Below are positions 59,598-64,000 of a DNA stretch of 64,000 nt, in pieces. Numbering within the stretch: the first letter of the stretch is position 1; each line of letters starts with the position of its first letter. The notes beneath the pieces are model-generated. The model was given only the letters and a program-made list of their open reading frames with translations, searched no databases and was not told the DNA's origin. Made by a program: the position numbers and the translations under genes. This stretch comes from Erysipelotrichaceae bacterium (GTDB taxonomy: Bacteria; Bacillota_I; Bacilli_A; RFN20; CAG-449). The stretch spans positions 140-64,139 of the forward strand of contig SVBD01000001.1 of the NCBI GenBank assembly GCA_015059045.1, read 5' to 3'.

Positions 59598-60317
59598 ATG
59601 ATTACAGTAGGTATATTTGGAATTAATGATGATCAAAATAAGATTGTCTCTAGAATGATTAAAAAATATTTTAAAGATAAAGAAACTTTAAAAATAGACT
59701 TTTCAAGTGATTCAAATAAGTTTTTAGACACGATTGAAAAAAATGGTGCTTTTGATATTGTAGTTATTGATTTAGATTATTCTAGAATAAATGGATTAAA
59801 TATTGCTTCAGAAGTTTCTAAACGAAATGAAAATTCTTATATCATCCTTTTATCAAAAAGTAAACAAGATGCTTATGAAGGTATTAAAATTGGTGTAATT
59901 GATTATATTTTAAAACCTATTATTGATGAAGAATTTGTCACTTCAATAGAAAAAGCTTATAAATTAATCATTAGTGAAAATGTAAAATATTTAAAATACA
60001 AAACATCGGATGGATATAAAAGGATTAACATAAATAACATTATTTATGTTGAGGCTGAAAAACATTATCAACATATATATCTAAAAAATAATAAGAAAGT
60101 TACAATCCGTTCGACGATTAAAAAATTGGAAGAAGAATTATCATCACTTACTAATCAATTTGTAAAAACTCATAGCTCATTTTTAGTTAATATTGATTTT
60201 ATTAAAGAAATTAATAAGTATATCATTATTTTAACTAATACAAATATTGTACCAATTTCTAAAAATTTAAAGAGTGGAGTAAAAGCTAAAATTAATCAAT
60301 ATTATTCGAAAAATTAA
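59598..60317 (+). CDS. LytTR-family response regulator (orphan)
   Basis: Receiver domain (VIDLD, NGL, YILKP) plus LytTR domain (IIYVEA, FVKTHSSFLVN, VPIS); no kinase adjacent. Confidence 0.9.
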   Translation: MITVGIFGINDDQNKIVSRMIKKYFKDKETLKIDFSSDSNKFLDTIEKNGAFDIVVIDLDYSRINGLNIASEVSKRNENSYIILLSKSKQDAYEGIKIGVIDYILKPIIDEEFVTSIEKAYKLIISENVKYLKYKTSDGYKRININNIIYVEAEKHYQHIYLKNNKKVTIRSTIKKLEEELSSLTNQFVKTHSSFLVNIDFIKEINKYIIILTNTNIVPISKNLKSGVKAKINQYYSKN

Positions 60318-60410
60318 ATTTAAACCGCTTACAATGACTATTTGTGCCTAAAAATTACCTAATTATGCCAAAGCACTTTTTAACAAATATATTTTGAATA
60401 TATTTAAGTT

Positions 60411-60612
60411 ATCAGTTGTTTCCCAATGCTTCGTAGAACAATTGATTTGCGTTTAGTATAGTTTAAAACGTAGAATTCTAATACTAAATGTATGGCTAAC
60501 GTCTATAGCTTATATTTGGTAACGCGCTTTCAAATTTTAGGGTTTTATTGTTTTTGCTAATTAGGTGCATAATTGATTCAAAAAATGTCATCGTCGTGAT
60601 GATATTTTTTTT
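60411..60612 (+). ncRNA. Candidate structured small RNA downstream of the LytTR gene
   Basis: No credible ORF; hairpins at 60411-60446 and 60449-60491; terminator at 60580-60612; family not recognised. Confidence 0.4.
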
Positions 60613-60643
60613 ATTTTTTGGTATGATAATTAAAGGTGATTAT

Positions 60644-61288
60644 ATGAAATATAAAAATATCGTTTTTGATTTTAATGGAACTATAATTAATGATGTTGAT
60701 TTATGTATTAATTTACTTAATGAAATGTTAGTTATGAAAAATCATCAAGAAGTAAGAAGAGAAGATTACTTCGATATTTTTACATTTCCTATAATTGAAT
60801 ATTATAAAAAAGCTGGATTTGATTTTGTTGGCTATACTTTTGAAGAATTAGCTACCTATTTTATTAATAAATATCAAACGGCTAGCTATGAAGTAAATTT
60901 ATATGATAATGTCATTGATTTGTTTAGACTACTAAGAAATAAAGGTATTAATTTATATATTTTAAGTGCTAGTCAAAAAGAAAATTTGATGAAACAAGTA
61001 ATTCATTTTAATATTGATAAATATTTTAATGATGTTTTAGGAATTGATAATATTTATGCAAAAAGTAAATTAGACATTGCAAAAGCTTATTTTATAGAAC
61101 ATGATATTAATTCTAAAGATACTTTATTTATAGGTGATACATTACATGATTATGAAGTGTCTAAAGAATTAGGTTGTGATTGCATTTTAATGAGTTTAGG
61201 ACATCAAAGTAAGAAGGTCCTATCAAAGTCCAATAATATGATTTTAGACTCATATAAGGAATTAATTGATTATTTATGCTTAGATTAG
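60644..61288 (+). CDS. HAD-family hydrolase (phosphoglycolate phosphatase-like)
   Basis: FDFNGT, LSAS and IGDTLHD motifs. Start moved to ATG 60644 behind AAGGTG. Confidence 0.9.
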   Translation: MKYKNIVFDFNGTIINDVDLCINLLNEMLVMKNHQEVRREDYFDIFTFPIIEYYKKAGFDFVGYTFEELATYFINKYQTASYEVNLYDNVIDLFRLLRNKGINLYILSASQKENLMKQVIHFNIDKYFNDVLGIDNIYAKSKLDIAKAYFIEHDINSKDTLFIGDTLHDYEVSKELGCDCILMSLGHQSKKVLSKSNNMILDSYKELIDYLCLD

Positions 61289-61932
61289 TAATTTTTGATA
61301 TGGATGGAACAATCCTAGATAATGAAGAATTTACAATTTCCTCAAAAGTGATTGAAGGTAAGAAATTAGGTTATAACATAAGTGAAGATATTGCTAAAAA
61401 TACTTTAGGAATGTCAACAAAGAAATCTAAAGAATATTTTGCTTCAATTTATGGAGATGATTTCCCATATGACTATTTTAGACAAAAAAGATTTGACTAT
61501 ATTTTTGATGATATTAAAAAAAGTGGGATTAAATATAAAAAAGGGACTTTAGAATTATTAAATTATCTTAAAGAAAATAATTATTTAATAGCCCTTTGTA
61601 CTTCTTCAACAATAAAATATATCAATGAATATAAGAAGTATACATCAATATTTGATATGTTTGATGTAATTATTACAGGTGAACAAATTAAAAATGGTAA
61701 ACCTAATCCAGAAATATTTAATAAAGCTATGGAAATATTAAATGTTAAACCTCAAGAAACACTAGTTATTGAAGATTCTAATAATGGAATTCTAGCGGGT
61801 ATAAATTCTAATAGCGATGTAATTATGATTCCTGATTTAGTAGGACCTAATGATGAAGTTAAGAAACATCAAATAAAGATTTTTAATTCTTTATTAGATG
61901 TAATAGAATATATACATAATTTAAAAAAATAG
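61276..61932 (+). CDS. HAD-family phosphatase
   Basis: FDMDGT, GKPNPEIF and IEDS..G motifs. Confidence 0.92.
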   Translation: MLRLVIFDMDGTILDNEEFTISSKVIEGKKLGYNISEDIAKNTLGMSTKKSKEYFASIYGDDFPYDYFRQKRFDYIFDDIKKSGIKYKKGTLELLNYLKENNYLIALCTSSTIKYINEYKKYTSIFDMFDVIITGEQIKNGKPNPEIFNKAMEILNVKPQETLVIEDSNNGILAGINSNSDVIMIPDLVGPNDEVKKHQIKIFNSLLDVIEYIHNLKK

Positions 61933-61942
61933 GAGAATAAAT

Positions 61943-62443
61943 ATGGTAATTATTAATGTAAAAGATTTTGGTAAAATTAAAGTTGAATTAGACTATGATA
62001 ATGCAAAAAATACCTGCGCTAACTTTGTTAGTTTGGCAAGAAGTGGATTCTATAATGGATTAACTTTCCATCGTATTATTCGTGGTTTTATGATTCAAGG
62101 CGGAGATCCAAAAGGTAATGGAACTGGTGGACCAGGTTATGGAATCAAAGGTGAATTCAAAATTAATGGATATGATAATAAAATAAGTCACGAAAGAGGA
62201 GTTATATCAATGGCTAGAGCAATGCATCCTGATTCAGCGGGAAGCCAATTCTTTATCATGCATAAAGATGGAACATACTTAGATGGTCAATATGCCGGAT
62301 TTGGTAAAGTAGTTGAAGGTATTGAAGTAGTTGATCAAATTGCAAAAGTTAGAACTACTCCAAGTGATAAACCTTATGAAGCAGTAGTTATTGAATCAAT
62401 TGAAGTTATTGATGAACCAGTATTAGAGGTTGAAAAAATTTAA
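61943..62443 (+). CDS. Cyclophilin-type peptidyl-prolyl isomerase
   Basis: FHRIIRGFMIQGGDP, SMAR and AGSQFFI motifs. Confidence 0.95.
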   Translation: MVIINVKDFGKIKVELDYDNAKNTCANFVSLARSGFYNGLTFHRIIRGFMIQGGDPKGNGTGGPGYGIKGEFKINGYDNKISHERGVISMARAMHPDSAGSQFFIMHKDGTYLDGQYAGFGKVVEGIEVVDQIAKVRTTPSDKPYEAVVIESIEVIDEPVLEVEKI

Positions 62444-62449
62444 TTTATT

Positions 62450-64000
62450 ATGAATAAAGAAATTGTTTTATCTGTACATGGATTAGTTGATTTTCTTTTA
62501 AGAAGAGGCGATATTGACAATCGAATCTATAATTCTAATGCGATGAGTGAAGGCACTAGAATTCATTTAAGATATCAACAAATTCAATCCGGAGAATATT
62601 TAAAGGAACAATATTTAGAAACTAAACTAGATATTGATGATTTTACTTTTGTCTTATCAGGTAGAGCAGATGGAATAATTGTTAATGAAGATAAAGTAAT
62701 TATTGATGAAATTAAGTCAACTGTTAGTGACTTAGATAAATTCTATGAGGAACAAAAAGAATGGCATCTAGGTCAAGCAAAAGTTTATGCCTATATGTAT
62801 TTGAAGATGAATAATCTAAAGAAATGTGGTGTTAGGTTAACTTATATTTCTCAATTAGATTTTTCAGATAAATTAATTCTAAATTTCACTTATTCATTTG
62901 AAGAATTAGAAGAATTTATCGTTGATTTATGTAAAAAATACTTGGTATTTTATACTTCTCTTTATAAACATAAATTATTAAAGAAGCATACTGCAGAAGA
63001 ATTGTCTTTCCCATTTGAAAATTATCGTCCAGGACAAAGAGATTTAGCTAAATATGTTTATGGAGCTATTTTAAATAATGAATCAGTATTTATAGAAGCG
63101 CCTACAGGAATTGGTAAAACTATGTCTACTTTATTTCCTTCAGTAAAAGCTTTTTCTTCACTTGATATCGATAAAATATTTTATCTATCTGCTAAAAATG
63201 TAGCAAAAAATGTTGCTTTTGATGCTTGCAAATTGTTAATTAAAAAAGGATTAGTAATTAGGGCTATTAAACTTTCCTCAAAAGAAAAATTATGCCGTTG
63301 TGATTCTAGAAAATGTAATCCAGATGAATGTCCTTTTACTAAAGGTTATTACGATAAATTAATGTCTGTTATCAGTGAAACTATCAAAAAATATGATGCT
63401 ATTGATGAAAATATCGTTAATCAAATTGCTGATGAACAATTAATGTGTCCTTTTGAATTACAGTTAGATTTAAGTTTATATTGTGATGTAATTATTTGTG
63501 ATTACAATTATCTATTTGATCCATTAGTATATTTAAAAAGATTTTTTGAACAAGAAATTACACCATATGTAGCTTTAATTGATGAAGCTCATAACCTTGT
63601 TGATCGATCTAGAGATATGTATTCGGCAACGATAGATAATAATATGTTAAAGAATCTTCGTCATGAATTTAAAAGATTTAAAGCTTTATCTTTTAAAAAG
63701 TCATTAAGAAAATTAATTAACTATATAGATGAACAAAAAGAGAATATAGATGAAGAATATATTAGAGTTGAAGAAAATTTTGATTCAAAATTCTATTCTT
63801 TAGTAGAGAATGCATTTAAAAACTTCCAAGATATTATGAAAAACTTTCCAGAATATACAACTAATTTATTTTTAGAAAGTTTTAGAATGTTAAATAGATT
63901 TTTAAAAATTAGTGATTATATAGATGAATCGTTTGCCTTATATTATCAAATAATTGATGATGAAGTAGTAGTTAATATTCGTTGTGTAGATTCTTCTAAA
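62450..64000 (+). CDS. Rad3/DinG-family FeS helicase with N-terminal PD-(D/E)XK nuclease domain (partial, runs off window end)
   Basis: Not in the ORF track. Manual translation: MNKEIVLSVHGLVDFLLRRGDID...GTRIH...GRADG...DEIKS...APTGIGKT...KEKLC..C.P..CP...CPFE...CDYNY.FDP...DEAHNL. Confidence 0.9.
   Translation, partial: MNKEIVLSVHGLVDFLLRRGDIDNRIYNSNAMSEGTRIHLRYQQIQSGEYLKEQYLETKLDIDDFTFVLSGRADGIIVNEDKVIIDEIKSTVSDLDKFYEEQKEWHLGQAKVYAYMYLKMNNLKKCGVRLTYISQLDFSDKLILNFTYSFEELEEFIVDLCKKYLVFYTSLYKHKLLKKHTAEELSFPFENYRPGQRDLAKYVYGAILNNESVFIEAPTGIGKTMSTLFPSVKAFSSLDIDKIFYLSAKNVAKNVAFDACKLLIKKGLVIRAIKLSSKEKLCRCDSRKCNPDECPFTKGYYDKLMSVISETIKKYDAIDENIVNQIADEQLMCPFELQLDLSLYCDVIICDYNYLFDPLVYLKRFFEQEITPYVALIDEAHNLVDRSRDMYSATIDNNMLKNLRHEFKRFKALSFKKSLRKLINYIDEQKENIDEEYIRVEENFDSKFYSLVENAFKNFQDIMKNFPEYTTNLFLESFRMLNRFLKISDYIDESFALYYQIIDDEVVVNIRCVDSSK

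Noticed and set aside
62450-62950. Cas4-like nuclease domain as a sign of CRISPR-Cas
   Set aside because: It is fused to a DinG/Rad3 helicase in a housekeeping operon, and no array or other cas gene is in the window.
1-64000. Genetic code 4 (TGA=Trp), as in mycoplasmas
   Set aside because: Long genes are open in code 11, Trp is TGG, and TGA ends genes such as murC (11414), the YgjP-like gene (21545) and mutS2 (34721).

Overview
This is an AT-rich chromosomal window, read in standard code 11, from a low-GC Bacillota member. It is most consistent with a reduced-genome Bacilli lineage such as RFN20, RF39 or an Erysipelotrichales relative, which is an inference from gene content and synteny. It is mostly housekeeping: a DtxR-family regulator with feoAB and a ZIP transporter, clpB with two CIRCE boxes, a divergent murC, pncB, a GH5 hydrolase, ackA, glgB/glgP, T-box-ileS-lspA-rluD and rnhC/mutS2/uvrC. 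A Bacillus-like gerE-murI-gerM-tRNA-Arg block follows. The right half holds a large bioenergetic region: two FMN-binding-like lipoproteins, apbE/NusG-II/Gx genes, an atypical rnfCDGEA-X-B operon, and a divergent Mrp/Mbh-type operon with four antiporter-like subunits. Three eroded remnants sit in intergenic gaps (DUF4143 ATPase, IS1182 transposase, Rpn nuclease). There is no CRISPR array, prophage or intact mobile element. The most notable signals are: (1) an identical promoter cassette, ATTGACAAAAATATGC-(G)n-TATAAT with G10 and G11, in front of two unrelated envelope genes, probably a shared phase-variation switch; (2) a candidate structured sRNA of about 200 nt behind an orphan LytTR regulator; (3) sporulation genes plus sigmaE/sigmaK-like promoters at gerE and at the divergent peptidoglycan genes; (4) the modified Rnf/flavinylation locus head-to-head with an Mrp/Mbh-type arm lacking redox subunits. 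All family calls come from motif recognition by eye; no searches were run.
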